This document shows, one piece after another, positions 23,078 through 36,806 of a DNA stretch of 64,000 nucleotides. The notes under the pieces are model-generated. The model ran no database searches. It had not been told where the DNA came from and saw only the letters and a program-made list of their open reading frames with translations. The number at the start of each line of letters is the position of its first letter. Position 1 is the stretch's first letter. This DNA is from Gonapodya sp. JEL0774 (Eukaryota), in the NCBI GenBank assembly GCA_027604505.1, contig JADIIX010000020.1, positions 124,001-188,000 on the forward strand, given 5' to 3'. A program made the position numbers and the translations under genes.

Positions 23078-25516
23078 ATGGCGTCGCAAGCACGGCGTCT
23101 GCTCCTATCACTCCTAGTGGTCGCTCTCCTCTTCCTCGCAGTCGTACGAGCCGATGATCACGACCACGACCACGACCATGAGGACCAAACGGAGGCCGCC
23201 AAGCACGCACCTGTCGCTAACTTCAAGGTACTTGGCTTGATGGAGCTATATTATTTCAATCTTTCATCTCTCTAACTCCGCTTAACCAATCCCACTTGCG
23301 CCGTATCCCGTCCATGTTGGATTGCTGACCGCACCGTCGATTTTCCTGTTTCGTTGATATTAGCGCACAAATATCAAAGCACCATTTCTCGAGCAGTTCA
23401 CGGATGACTGGGAGAGCCGGTGGACTGTTTCGCAGGCGAAAAAGGTGATCGATGGTAGGTGGCCCAGACAGTCCCTGGTGTTTGTCTGCGAGCAATATTC
23501 GTCATTTCTTCGGGTAATCAGGCGTTGAAGATGAAGACCTTCTGCGGTATCGGGGCACTTGGTCTGTGGAGGAGCCCACAGTTCTTCACGTGATCGAAGG
23601 GGACAAAGGTCTTGTTGTCAAGACTCCTGCAGCTCATCACGTACGTTGTCGAGTCGTTTTCCTGCCATCACTCACAATTCGGTGTCTTAATACAGTGTTC
23701 TTTCGTTCTTGTCAACATGAAGGCCGTTGCTGCCAAGTTCTCCGCCCCCATTAACCCGAAAGGAAAGCCGCTCGTCGTCCAGTGAGTCGATTAACGAGTC
23801 TTCATTCCGCGGAGTTTCCTCCCTAGCTCCTTGTCTACAGATACGAAGTCAAACTCCAAAATGGGTTGGAGTGTGGAGGTGCTTACCTTAAGCTTTTGAA
23901 GGAGTCGAAAACATATGATTTCACCAAGTTCGAGGACAAGACACCTTATGTCATCAGTGAGATATGATGCGGATTTAACAACATCGACAATTGCCAGATT
24001 TTTTTGTCTTCAAAGTGTTCGGTCCAGACAAATGTGGTTCAACCAACAAAGTTCACTTCATTTTCAAGCACAAGAACCCGAAGACTGGCGAATATGAGGA
24101 GAAGCACGCAAACTCCCCACCGGCAATCAAGTCTGACAAGCTCTCCAACCTCTACACGCTGATCGTGAATCCGGACAACACTTTTGAGATCCTGGTTAAC
24201 AACGAATCCGAAAAGACTGGAAGCCTGCTCGAAGACGTCACTCCGTCAGTTAATCCTCCGAAGGAGATTGACGACCCCAAGGATGTGAAGCCCACCGACT
24301 GGGTTGACGAAGCAGAGTGAGTGGACTCATGATGTAAAAGTCGCACCATATCATCCACTGGCATTAATGTTGACATGATTCAAGAATCGTGGACCCTAAG
24401 GCATTCAAGCCTGCGGACTGGAACGAGGACGCTCCTGAGTTCATTCCAGACCCCGACGATGTGAAGCCCGAAGATTGGCTGGACGATGAGCCACTCACTA
24501 TCCCTGACCCGAAGGAGCCCAAACCCGAAGATTGGGACGAAGAAGAAGATGGGGAATGGGTCGCACCGTCGATTCGTATGTAGCTATGTTGCAAAGTTCG
24601 CACTTTGGCAAGTCTAATTGGAAGCATTTCAGCGAACCCTCTTTGTGAAAGCGGCAATTGCGGCGAGTGGAAGCGTGCATCAATCAAGAACCCAGAGTAC
24701 AAGGGAAAGTGGATGTGAGATAGACACCTTTACCCTGTCTTGTCGGGTGAACGAAATTTGCAAATATTTTGGGTTCACTTGTACAGTGCTCCAAAGATCC
24801 CAAACCCTGCTTACAAAGGTGTTTGGGCACCAAGGAAGATTCCCAATCCGAACTACTTTGAAGACCTGCACCCCGCTGACTTCGAACCGATTGTATGTTG
24901 ATTTGTGACACTTCTTCGGGTTCCTTAAAAGGATGACCAATCCATGTGTTCACCTTCCTTAGGGCGCCCTCGGTTTTGAAATTTGGACCATGCAGGAAAA
25001 CGTCCTCTTCGACAACATCTACATCGGTCACAGCGTCGCTGACGCAAAGAAATTTGCGGAAGAAACCTGGGCTGTTAAGTATACCTCCGAGAAAGCCCTT
25101 GAGGAGGCCGAGAACCCGAAGCCCACGACTGAAGAGGAGAAGAATGAGGGGGTAACTGGATCCTTCCTTGACAGCGTGAAGGCATTTTTCTCAGAGTTCG
25201 CGAAGGATCCAACCTCAGCAGTGGAGAAGCGCCCTTCCGTAGCCATAGGGGTACTAGTTGTGCTCGGATCGGTTGTTCTCATAACCGCCGTGTCGTCTTC
25301 ATTGGGACAGGTGTGTTTCCTTCCGCAGGGAAGCAGTGTGCACTGCTCCATTGGCTAAATTGAGATGACACTCTTTCACAGGCAACACCAGAGACGAAGT
25401 CTGAGGTGGAGACCAAGAAAGATGAGAAAGAAACGCCAAAGCCTGTGGAGGGCAAGGCAGAGAAGAAGGAAGAAGGTGTGAAGAAACGAAGTGCTGTGCG
25501 CAAGGAGGACTCGTAG
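23078..25516 (+). CDS. CNX1: Calnexin
   Basis: Signal peptide; [60 protein letters not shown]-domain repeats ([25 protein letters not shown]); [20 protein letters not shown]; charged tail. Confidence 0.96.
23153..23185 (+). repeat. (GACCAC)n repeat encoding [11 protein letters not shown] at the calnexin mature N-terminus
   Basis: gatgatcacgaccacgaccacgaccatgaggac read directly. Confidence 0.8.
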
Positions 25517-25580
25517 GTAGCATCGGACGAAATCATTGGTGTTGCATATTACAGATATCGCAAGTTCTGTACCGATTATA

Positions 25581-28500
25581 CTAAGCAGATAACATTTTGC
25601 AAGCTGAAAGATACCCCAGTTGCCCACTAGGATGTCCTCTCACATCCACAATGTCACCGGAAAACGATACAATTGAATATCCAACATTCTTCAGGTTCTC
25701 GAAGAAAACTGCTTGGTCGAACCGGAATGCGATGATACCATTTCCACCTAACGCCGCCGCGTGTGACCTGGCCATGGAGAAGCACTCTCCCATGAATCCG
25801 TTCGCAAAACTGGACATCCCTCCAAGCACGGGTTCGTAATCGATGTGTTGCTCTTTTACAAAGTGAAGGGAGAGTCGTCCAACGTAGCGATTTATGGAGC
25901 TGCCCGGCAAGTACGACATTGTTGTAATATCCACGTGTGCAGCAGAAGAAGTTGAGGTGAAGACAGGGTATGCAGGAGCTGCAACGGCTTGGGCATTCAC
26001 AGCAGGTCTCTCTAAAGAGGAGCACGGAGGGTCGTCAAGTTCGCTGTGAGTGTACCCAACATCGTTGGGCATTCCAGATGCGGGCTGATGAAAGGAGTCG
26101 ATGCTCCTTCTTGCAGCTCTTTCGGGGAGACTGTTATCGGTGTTGGGGTCCGAGAGTACCCCTAAACTTTCAGTGGAGTGGGAGAGCGACTGGAAATGCT
26201 CGGATACGATGTTCTGTTCTGGTGCGGCCGAGAATCCTTCGTCCCCTTGCTGAGCCACAGGCGCTTCTAGAAATGCTGCCCCCGCTGGAGATAAATAGCC
26301 TGCTAAAGTCAACAACTGTACAAGCTCTTAGAACGGAATAGCAACAACGATACATCCTGATTAAACGAACCTGCCCAAACACTACCGCAGAGAGTCGAAT
26401 CATCACCTCAAAGTCCTTCGGAAGTGTCACATCGTGCTCAACTGAGAGCACAATACACGGAGAGAACATAGACAGCCGGAACTCAAGCTCTTCGTAGAGC
26501 TCACGAAACATCGAAGACAGTTGACGTGTAGGATGCTGTGAAGCGATTGATATGTACCCTGTCCGTATAATGTTGATGGTTTGGGTGTGCATTTGAGACT
26601 CGAGATTCTGGTACGGTTGCGGAAAGAGTTCAAGGTTGCTCAAGTAGAATCCTTGGCTATACGTCGGGTCGATCAAGACGGACAGCTAGAGACGATACAA
26701 TTGGCAAGAGCTGATGCAACAGTATGTGTGCAAGCTTACCAAGTCCTCATCAGTATCATCGTCGACCTTAACAGAAGTGCGGAGATTATTTGATGAACTG
26801 CAAGGTTCATCAACCATTGAGTAACTTGCCTGCACCACCATCGAGGGATTAATAGCCCACGATTCTGCACCTATGGTCGAAGATGCATCTGGATCGCCGT
26901 CAACTTCGGAATCCGGGATCGTTACCACATCCGTTGTCTTATTTTCAGCCAAGACTTGGACGTCACCAGAACTAACAAACGTATCCTGATGCGAAGGTCG
27001 AAAACACTCTCTCTCCATTTCTTTGCGGTTCCGCTCGGCGATGTTTATAATTTTTTCGTGCAGCTCAGTGAGCCTGTGAACTGCATCATCGATACGGTCG
27101 ATACTTCGAGACAGCTTCAATGATTGAGCAGGAGGAAGAGCCTTTAAGAACATTGCTGTGCCGACCGCAGTCTGGTTGCATGTGTTGAACGTTTAATGAG
27201 TTCCGACGCCTTTCGATACGATGTCAAATATGACTAAATATCTCACTGCAATAATGAGGGACTCGCCCACTACCAACTGAAACCTCAAACCCCAGATCGA
27301 ATTCATTCCGTTAATCTGAGAAACGAGTCAAACACATGAGGGTGTGTCTGGTTCAAGTTCCGTGCAACACTTGCCTTGCATTTAAAAACCAACTGCCTGT
27401 ACAAGTCATATTGGAGGAAAGGTAGCGCATCGCTTACTGTACTCGCATTAGGCTCACCCTCCTTACGCTTCTTCATTCTTGTCACAGTTGCATTTACTAG
27501 CGCGTGCTTGGTCAAGGACTCCACATCTGGTGGCGGTTCTATGGTACTGAGCAATAAATCAGGAACAATTCGTCGTTTGCATGTGCGACAGGGAGTAAAT
27601 GACGTGGGAAAGGGATTAGAGGACCTGTCGTACGGTATGTGACAAATCTGACATGCTGCGAGGAGGAGACCGATTGTGTACTATCCTCTGCAAAGTAGAA
27701 ACTTGCTACCTACGAGTATTCTTCCGTCTGTGAGGCTTTGACCTTGTGTTCCCACCATCCCAAATACCCTGGTCTCTTTCGGAGCTTCCAACGGACGCCC
27801 TCCTGGAAATGCCTGGCCGAATCGAGGTGATAGAGTTAGCATCATCTCTAAGAATCACTCCAGTTCCCGTTTCATCGTTGGTGGCCAAAGTTGAAAAGCC
27901 ACTGGTCGCAAGAATGGCGGCAGTGCCGGAGGCAGAAAGCACGTACAGCTCATCGTGAATCGCTGCACCTTCCTGATAGCCTAAAAGAAAGGTCATTGTC
28001 ACCAAGAGAAACACTCACTTCAATCAGCTCACTCACCAATGACGTGCGTACAACCCATCATTCGAGCATGCTGCCTAACTTCTTCGCGGAGTTCTTGCCA
28101 CCAAGCTTCCCGGAGGTCCTCAGGACTGTCCATGAGTTTAACACTCCGAGATGTGACAACACCCCCAATCGAGAGAATCGTATTGGCGGGAAATCTTCAA
28201 AAGCGCATGAAATTTGCAGGGTCGAAGAGACAACAATGCAGAAATTCTCACTTTCTGAGTGTGATGAGCTGCTGCTCCCCTGGGAGTACCTTCTTTGTGA
28301 TATTCATGATTGTACCGGACTTCAAAGACGGAAACACGGGTGCCGGTGATTCATTCACTCTTCCTGCATCCTGTGGAGGCCCAATCACAGTGCTATCTGG
28401 CTCCATCTGTGTTGGCAGACCAGTCAAGCTATCCCCAATCTGCGCGTCCACCGCCAGGCCGTCGTCAATAGAGATGTGGGAACTGGAGTCCAGGCTTCGT

Positions 28501-29521
28501 GCCTTCGCTAATGACAGCGATCGGTCCATCTTTGGGGAAGATAAGTTTCCTTTCGGGCCAAGGAGAGGTTGGGGGGTCGCGGTCACTGGGAGCATACACA
28601 ATGCGGTACCCAGGCCCCGACACGTTATCTCCCTCTCATCTTCCTCTAGATCAAAATGTTCGATGTAGCCAACGACTGCGTTCGCTCCCATGTCCCTTGC
28701 TTTACGACCTAATTGCCGTCGAACACTATTTGAGAGTCTGAAGAGAACTCGCTCTCTTTCTTCGTTCGAAGTCCGCGGTGTCCGAAAACTATCCACCCAG
28801 TGATACTCTGGATCATCCGCGCTGTCCATTATATCCTGTTTGGGGGCCCTGACGGTTGATGACCGTGTTCGTAATAGCAGCGGTTTAAGTAAATCTCACC
28901 ACAAACCCCAGCACTGTTTGAACATAAAAATTCGCAGGAACAGCCGACATAGAGTAGAATTGAACCCCAAACGATGAATCCTTGAAAGGGTTGCGGTTGG
29001 GCAGGAACTCGGTCCGCAACAAAACCGACACTTCTCCACGAACACCACGCAACGTATCAAACAAGGGAAACCATCCAGAAATTTGACTCGAAGAGTCCCA
29101 TCCTAGCGGATTCAAATCGATGTTGACACTTCCGATGGGACTGATTGTTGGAGAGGATTGAGGAAAATGGATCTCCGCAACCAGGCGAAGAATCTCACTC
29201 ATTAGCGGAAAAAGCGTCAAAATCGAGAACTCGAATTTCTAGAGGTGCATCTTGCAACAAACTATCATTGTTTATCTCAAGGCGGAAATCTAAAACCGTA
29301 CCGTTGGTATCATGAAGAACAATCAAATTCAATCAGACAACCCTCCATGAAAACTCACCTTCATTCCATATTGGGGAGAGTGTTTTCCGTGCGATCTGCG
29401 TCCGTAGAATCTCGTAGTCAGCAAACTTGATTTCAGCAAAAGCATCTGTGAGTTCCGAAACTCGGTCCATGACGGGCAGGTTCCTAGCCCCAAGTAGTTT
29501 GATGCGGAGTACACATGGCAT
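25581..29521 (-). CDS. C2CD5: C2 domain-containing protein 5 (CDP138/KIAA0528-like) with YbjQ-like repeats
   Basis: MPCVLRIKLLGARNLPVMDRVSELTDAFAEIKF; DPEYHWVDSFRTPRTSNEER..LFRLS..VRRQLGRK..MGANAVVGY..FDLE; LPFLQYDLYRQL; ARSHAAALGGNGII. Confidence 0.88.
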
Positions 29522-29625
29522 GCTGCGAGAAGGATAGTTCGTTTTTATGTGAAACAGGATGTAGTGGAACTTGATCGGATGGGAGTCACACTAAAAATCA
29601 AGTTCAATTACATTACAGGAGTCAG

Positions 29626-32073
29626 TTACTGTCCATAAGTGTGTTTCAGGTCTTGCAAAGCAGTTCCCGAGACCGAATGAGGTTGCCTGAAGTTGAATCC
29701 ACTCAGTCCCCCACCATACGGATTATCTGGGCTCTGGAATATGGCGGGATTCACAAAAACGTTTCTATGGTTTTCCTGCGGGATGTTCGAGGATTGCGAA
29801 AAGCCCAGCGGTGCCTCCGGCATAATCGGCTGTCGCTGTTGTTGAAGTGAGCTCAGTATGCTAGCGAGAGGATCAAATGAAGGAACTGAATTGCCCATTA
29901 AGTGAGTCGTAGGAGTTCCTGCAAGCATTGAGTATGCTTGTTGCTGCTGGTGCATGCTCGGCGTAAACATCCCACCACTGAATGTTGTACTGGGGTTGAA
30001 TGGTGGCAACCACTGGGCAGAATGCTGTCGGTCGGTGTGTTGCCCTATTTCACCCCGCACATTCCAACCACGAGCCGGACCTCTCCTCCCCGAGCCCCGC
30101 TGACGATGAAGACTATCACCTCTTGCTCCATGTTCTCGATTACCAGAATCATATCGTCTTTCGAATTCCCCTCTCCAATGTCCATTGTCATCTCGCACGC
30201 CGGACGGCGTGATGGCTACACGAGGAGGGGGAGCCTCGGCACGTTCGGAGCCCCAAAGGTCGGGTGGTTGAGATTCTGAGCGCAATGAATATGTGCGCAT
30301 GTGTTCGTGGGAAGCGTTGTTGCTTTCGGAAGACTGAACGGTCCCATCAATTCTCCCTCCATCTCTGCGGCTGCTTCCAGCAGCATTTCTCATGTCCGTT
30401 CCCCGACTTGAACGCGCCTCCCTTCCATTGCTTCCTCGCCCTCTACCTCGCCCCCTTCCTCTTCCTCTGCTCCGCTCATATCCCCCACCGTGATCCAACA
30501 ATGCCTCCCCATCGACAATCATGTCGTCATCACCGCCAGTCGTCGGACCTGTTTGACGGCTCTCCACGGCGGCACCACCAACACGTTTTCGGAACTTTAA
30601 TTGTCGACGATATTCTGCTTCCTTTTCATCGTCAGAAAATTCTATTTCCTGAGTCGAAGACGGGAGAGGTTCAGGAGAACGAGTATGCCGGTCAAAATTT
30701 ACAACACAATGAACTCACCTCGTCCCCTACCTCCTCATCCCAAACATTACTCGCATCGCTCCCTTTTACAGATCTCAATGGCTGTGTAAACACATATCGC
30801 GCGTAGGGGTCTGCCGGGCTCGTGAAGAGTTCCATACCCACTGCGATGCCCGAGGCGGCGAGATCGACAGTGCTATTGAAGCGGATACTGTAGTGGGGCA
30901 AGCTGACAGGGCCAAAGGTTTCAAACACCTGATCGCCAAGGATTCAATTGGGCAGCATTCGATGAAACCAATCAGGATATGAAAAGGGCAACTCACTAGC
31001 CCAACTACCTCCCTGTCAGATTTTGCCAGCACTGAGTCACCATCGAGAACTCGATGATTTCCTGACGTGTTCGCCCTAACCACCGCAAGTTCGCCTACAA
31101 TACTGATCACAGTACCGACCGATTCGAGAGTCTGCTCTTCGGGGATGCGGTTGACGGGGAGCACAATGGGTGGAAGGGTCTATATGCCAGAGAAAAGTTC
31201 TATGAGCTGGACTCAGTATTCGGCCAGCAGATGGTGCCAACACCGCATGAACGACTCTCCACCGTGGAACTAAACAGAATTGAGGCAATGGCACCACAAC
31301 TCCAACACACGTAAACACCAAGACCCACGCACTCTGAGATACTATCCAAGACAATCCTCACTCACAAGCACTTCGTTGGCCGTCCGTGTTGCAGGTCCTA
31401 CCCCACCGTCCTCCTCGTCTTCGTCATCTCCGTCGTCCACAATCCGCTTCTTCTGCCCTCCACGAACCAAAGCACGGTGAAGGCTCGAAGAATCAGAGCT
31501 GGACGATGAAGACGATGAGGAGCTCTCGGACGAGGAAACGGACTCTGAGTCTGATTCGTCCTCGTCTTTCTTAGTTTCGGTTTCAAGGACTATCCCCGAC
31601 TCCATGCGCATGCCGGGGACGAACGCGACATCCACGGATATGGGAGTTTCATCATTGGCATCTGAAGCGGGGAAAACGAGTCCAAACGAGTCATCTGACA
31701 CACACGGGGCAATGGCAATATTTCCGGGCCCGGCGACGTCTTCGTGGTCCGTTTCATCATCATGTTCTCCTACTATCCTTCCTGGGACCAGAAGGTTGGA
31801 TGGCGTAGACCTGGTATCAATTGTGAACTGGCTGCCATAATCGGAGACTGAGTTTTCAACGCCGACACCTGTGAACGATGCCCCCAATTCCTGTGCAGCG
31901 AACATTGCGACCACTGATAGGTCGTCTTGTGGGAGATCCGTGTCGATGGAGATTTCGGCGTCTCCCGGGTCATCCATTAGTTCTCCTTCTTCGACTTCGG
32001 CTTCAATTCGATCCGGATCCCGATGGACAGTAGAATGCAAGTACCCAAGCGAAGATGGTTCCATAGGCAGCAT
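29626..32073 (-). CDS. NAF1: H/ACA snoRNP assembly factor NAF1 (Gar1/Naf1 domain)
   Basis: Acidic/Ser-rich N-half; LESVGTVISIVG..VLDGDSVL..VGLVFETFGPVSLPHYSIRF; KGSDASNVWDEEV..EIEFSDDEKEAEY; RG-rich then P/Q-rich tail. Start uncertain (~32064-32175). Confidence 0.88.
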
Positions 32074-32289
32074 AAGTCTTGAAGGAGAAGAAGTATCAAT
32101 CGCGATTAAACTTTCTCTTTCCAGAACCACAAAGCTTTGGTCACGAGCTTCTGGCCAGTCAGTTTCTCGGTCCACAATTTTCCCGTCCTTGTGCTCCGTT
32201 GCCTTCCCTCAGTGGCGTGGTAGGCCCTCGTTTATTGACCAGTACATGTTGTTATCATTCATTAAAAGAAACCACGTCCTACGGTTTGT

Positions 32290-34223
32290 TCAACAAAATT
32301 TCCAATGATGACTGCAACAGACAGGGTGACAACGTTTACGGTTCAAACTGCATTATCTCCTCACACATAACCAAGGAACAACACTCACTTGCAGTGTAAG
32401 CAAGTCACAAATGTCGTCATCGGTTCGTCCGCGCTTCTCGTCTGCTTCTGAAAGTATTTAGTTTTACGCAACCCGCACTTGCCGCACTTAAATTGGTCGG
32501 TCTCTGCTTGGTTGTCTTTCGCGACCTGAGCGTCATTCATAGCCTGTCGTTGAAGGTCTCGCATTTCTTGCTTGAGCTCAGGGCTGGCCATGTCCTGGGA
32601 CATCAGGAGTATAATGAATGAACACATCGTCGACAGAATCAGCACTCACACTGGTCGTCATCTCGTTCACTCTTTCCAGTTTCAGCTCCCCATGAACAAC
32701 TGTCTCCCTGAAACCTGGGTTATTCCTGTCCTTGAGGTTGAGATACAAAGACCGGATACGGGCTTTGTATCGAGTGTCGTCGGGGCCGTGCGTTTGCCAC
32801 GTAAGGCGCTCAAGGCGAGTCGCAAGTGAAGAAATCTTTTGAGGATCTGTGAGAAGTTAAAGTGAAGAGACGAACAAAGTGACTGACTTGCAATGAGTTA
32901 CTAAGGAAGCATTGGCCACTTGTCATCCTACCACTCGACTCCCTCTCCAGCATTTTCTCCCCAAATTGCAACGAACGGTTTGTTGGCATGGCTTCCACTG
33001 AGCCTCTTCTAGCCCTCCCAACCATTCTGACATTCTCTCCTAATGTGTCCTGGTACTAATGAAACCGTTCTCTGCAAGAATATTGCTCCATCTGTGTTCA
33101 GCTTGTTCTTAAACCTCTTGTTCTTTGGCCCACAGGTAACACTCAGCTCCTCTTCCTCCTCCTTTCAAACTCACGGGCCCACCCCACCAGGCTAAATGCC
33201 TTGTACATCAACTCGGCACATTTATCTCTTGCCTGGCTCCCCGTTGCCTCCAATGTAATCCCATCCTGTGCGGGCGTGCGCTCAACCAGAGGTGTCGACG
33301 GGTCTGTGGCCGAAGGTGGGGTTAGAGGGTTATTCGAAGTTGTAGTAGGGGAAGTGTTGAGAGAAGAAAGTTTCGGGCGGTCAGATGTTTTCCCAGTGGA
33401 TGATGAGTCGGTGGTGCTTGCTCGGCTGTCGGTGGCAGGTCGGTCGGCATCATCCGCAGATGTCACCCGTGGGGGACCGTTGTTGTTAGATGACTCTCGC
33501 GGGATAATTCTCTCGTCGTTCGCCAGTTTGTGGGCTCTGCTGACATCTCCTCGCGGCCCATTTGAAGACACCGAGCTCGCCTTATCGCCGGCGCCTCCCC
33601 CATTTGCATCAGTTTTATCATAAGTTGCGTAGTCACTCTTCCATTTAGAGTGAACGCGGCGAGCTAGCGCGGCCAGTTCGGGGTTCAGGTCAGGTTCCTT
33701 TCGGAGCTTGTTGAGCCACAGGGCGGCTTCCGTTCTCTGAAGTCATGACAATCATCCAGAGTTACACCAAGTCGTGTAAGGTATCATTGGCGGGTTAGGG
33801 TCAGTCACGCAGGTTGATAGGTAGTGAGAGGAAATGGTGGACACAATGACCACCCTTGGGCCGCTGAACAACAAATCACTCCACCAGGTTTTAGACAATA
33901 CAAAGCTTGGTACCACAGCACTGGCTCGAAAGCGCCTCCCACTGAGTCTGCTTGCGTCATATTGGTGAGACTCATTTGCACGACATTCACTCACCTTCAG
34001 CAACAATGCGGTGCCCCTGACCTTCTCTAACCGCAGCAGTCCATCCTTGGCAGTCTAGATTTCACGAAAGCGTCAAGTATTCGAGCTATGAATGTTAGAG
34101 ATTGCGGAAACTTATATATACATCGTCGAAAACTGAACTGACGTGGACCAATCCATCCTGAATCGACTTTGAAACGCTCTTCTTTAACTCCAAAACAAGC
34201 TCGACGTCCGCGTGGGAACCCAT
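32290..34223 (-). CDS. DST1: Transcription elongation factor TFIIS
   Basis: N-terminal helical domain (..LARRVHSKWK); RDKCAELMYKAF; YKARIRSLYLNLKDRNNP; zinc ribbon FKCGKC..YFQKQTRSADEPMTTFVTCLHC|NHHWKFC*. Confidence 0.93.
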
Positions 34224-34385
34224 TTATATAATTTGGATTGGAAGGCAGAAATGGAGTCACTTGCAGTCCAGATGAAGCAGCCAGCACGAACAACGGCACA
34301 TGTTTTGAACACAAACCTCCCCACATTTTCACATAGTTTCTGCACCCTTCATCTGCAAACTTCATCACTTTTACTTCCCTGGACA

Positions 34386-36797
34386 ATGGGGTATGTGCGT
34401 GGCAATCTTCAACTTTAAGGACCCTGCAAGCACTTGCTTTCTCCTGCAAATACAACGATTCTCTCACTTACGGTTTGTGCGGTTTCCTTTCAAACGGCTG
34501 TTCTTACTGTCTCCAACTGCAACTCTTTTGGAAACTGGAATGGTACTCACAATGAAGGAAGAAGTGAGGATCCAATATCATTCAGCGTGTTTGATTGGGA
34601 AGCGTTCTTTTCTGATGGTCCTTTCCCAATAGCACGGACAAGCAGTATATTACACGATCAGAATGGACAGGAGAGGCTCCAGGCTCAGATGGGGGAATGA
34701 AGGTAAAGCTCGACATATCCAGCAACGCAAGTCGACATCCTCCTAACCGTCCGATATCCATAGTTTGGTGGAACCATGGGAAAATATTCTTCGCTGCCAT
34801 TCAAACGTCTGCCGTTCTATTGCTGCGCAATATCGCTGGGGCCGTTTGAGAACCCATACTGGTGAAGGCTCCTGATTCCTAATCTTTCGGTGACGTGCCT
34901 CGAATTCCTCCTATTCCCCTTTTCTTAGTACTCCAGATGGTACAGTATTTGAATTGATGAACATCGTACCGTTTCTCCGGAAGTACGGGTGCGTTCCGAT
35001 GAGACTGTTAAATGTGGTATCACATAAATGATAAACTCCTTGGCTTTCAGCGTTCACCCGGTGACTGGAGGTAAACTTGTGATGAAAGACCTCATCAAGC
35101 TCAATTTTTTCAAGAATGCAAGTGGTAGGTTATCCTGTTGCAGTGACAAAGTTTCGCTCAAAGTGCAACAACCTTTCCCCTTTTTATATATCTCCCAAAT
35201 GAAGGCGAGTTCCACTGCCCTGTTACTTTCAAACCTCTCGGTGAACACACCAAGATTGTTGCGGTCCGCACCACCGGCAATGTCTACTCCTGGGAAGCAA
35301 TTGATGAGCTCAATATTCAACCCAAAAACTGGAAGGACCTACTCTCAGACGAGCCGTTTAAACGCAGTGACCTCATAACCATACAGGACCCTCATGATAT
35401 TGAAGCGAGGTCTATCTCGAAATTTTATTATCGTACACACGAACTGGCGCTACCCAAAGCCACCCCTCTTGGAGCAGCAGCATCTTCGGGTGCAGGTGTC
35501 GGAGACGAGCCGCCTGCTTCGTCGTCGCCTACCAGTGATGCCTTGACTATTAATGCGCAGGGGACGACCGCCCGAACATTGCGGGAACTCGAGGCAAAGA
35601 AAGTGCGGGAGAAGGAAGAGAGACTGAGAGAGCTGGACGCGGCGAAGATTACACCGTCCCACGTGACAAAGGTGAGCATTCGGTCTGAACCATGTGTCCT
35701 CTGGGATTCAGTTGTCACAATCTTTGGTAGGCGACACTCCCTTATAATGCTGCACACTTCTCCAACAACCGCATGGCAGCATCTGTAAGTTCCCTACAAG
35801 TTTCCGAGGAAGTAACTCCATCATATCTGACATTCGCTCACACCGGATTTTTGTTGATGGCCTTCTGATTGTAGCTCACATCTACCGCTACAACCGTCTC
35901 AACCTCTCAAGAGCGCCACGTAGTCGATGAAGAAGAGTACATGTTTAAGCGGGTCAAAGGTCCCGCATACGCAGCAATTCGAACAAGCTTAGGGCAGCTC
36001 AATGTGGAATTGTTTTGTGAAAAGGTGCCAAAGACCTGTTTTAACTTTATTGGTTTGGCAAAAAAGGACAAATACAACGGGACCATTTTCCATCGACTTA
36101 TCAGAGGATTTATGGTACAAGGTGAGAGGACATGGTTTGCTTGATGCCCCTTACAGTACCCATGCAGCAGCATTTTTTGGGACTCCTCGGTACGGAGCTC
36201 AGGGGGAGATCCAACAGGCACAGGCAGAGGAGGGGAATCCGTGTGGGGTACGCCTTTTGCTAATGAAATCAACCAGGGCCTTAGTCACGACGCCCGGGGT
36301 GTTCTGAGTATGGCGAACCGAGGACCAAACACGAACACCTCTCAATTTTTCGTGACCTTGGGCGAATGTAAGCATTTGGACGGGAAGCACAGCATTTTCG
36401 GCAAAGTAGTCGGTGGGCTGGAGACGCTGGGAAAGATTGAGGCGGTGGATACGGATAAGGCTGATCGACCCAAAATGGAGATCAAGATTGAGGATGTGCA
36501 AGTGTTCGTTGACGTGAGTTTGCTATGAAGAGACATCAATTGTTTGCCGAGAAACATCCTCACGTTTCTTTTCTTCGTCATGACCTTGATAAGCCCTTTG
36601 ATGAGTTCCAAAAGGAACTCGCGAAAAAACTTGCAGAGGGAAAATCCAAACAGGTTGAACAAACTAAACCTGCACCTCTGGTTGCGAAGCACGGAGGAGT
36701 TGGCAAGTATTTGGACATACCTCAAGTGGCAGCGAAGAAGAGGGAGATAGCATCAACGGATGGGGGTGGACCAGATGAGAAGCGCAGAAAGACGTGA
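34386..36797 (+). CDS. PPIL2: U-box/RING cyclophilin PPIL2 (Cyp60)
   Basis: TDKQYITRSEW; LPFYCCAISL.PFENP; HPVTG..DLIKLNF; FHCPVTFK; KNWKDLLSDEPF.RSDLITIQDP; PPIase [57 protein letters not shown]. 3' end uncertain. Confidence 0.93.
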
Positions 36798-36806
36798 ATG
36801 ATTGCA

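Noticed and set aside
24250..24560. Short tandem-like repeats resembling an array
   Set aside because: They are calnexin P-domain coding repeats (KPxDW), not CRISPR or a mobile element
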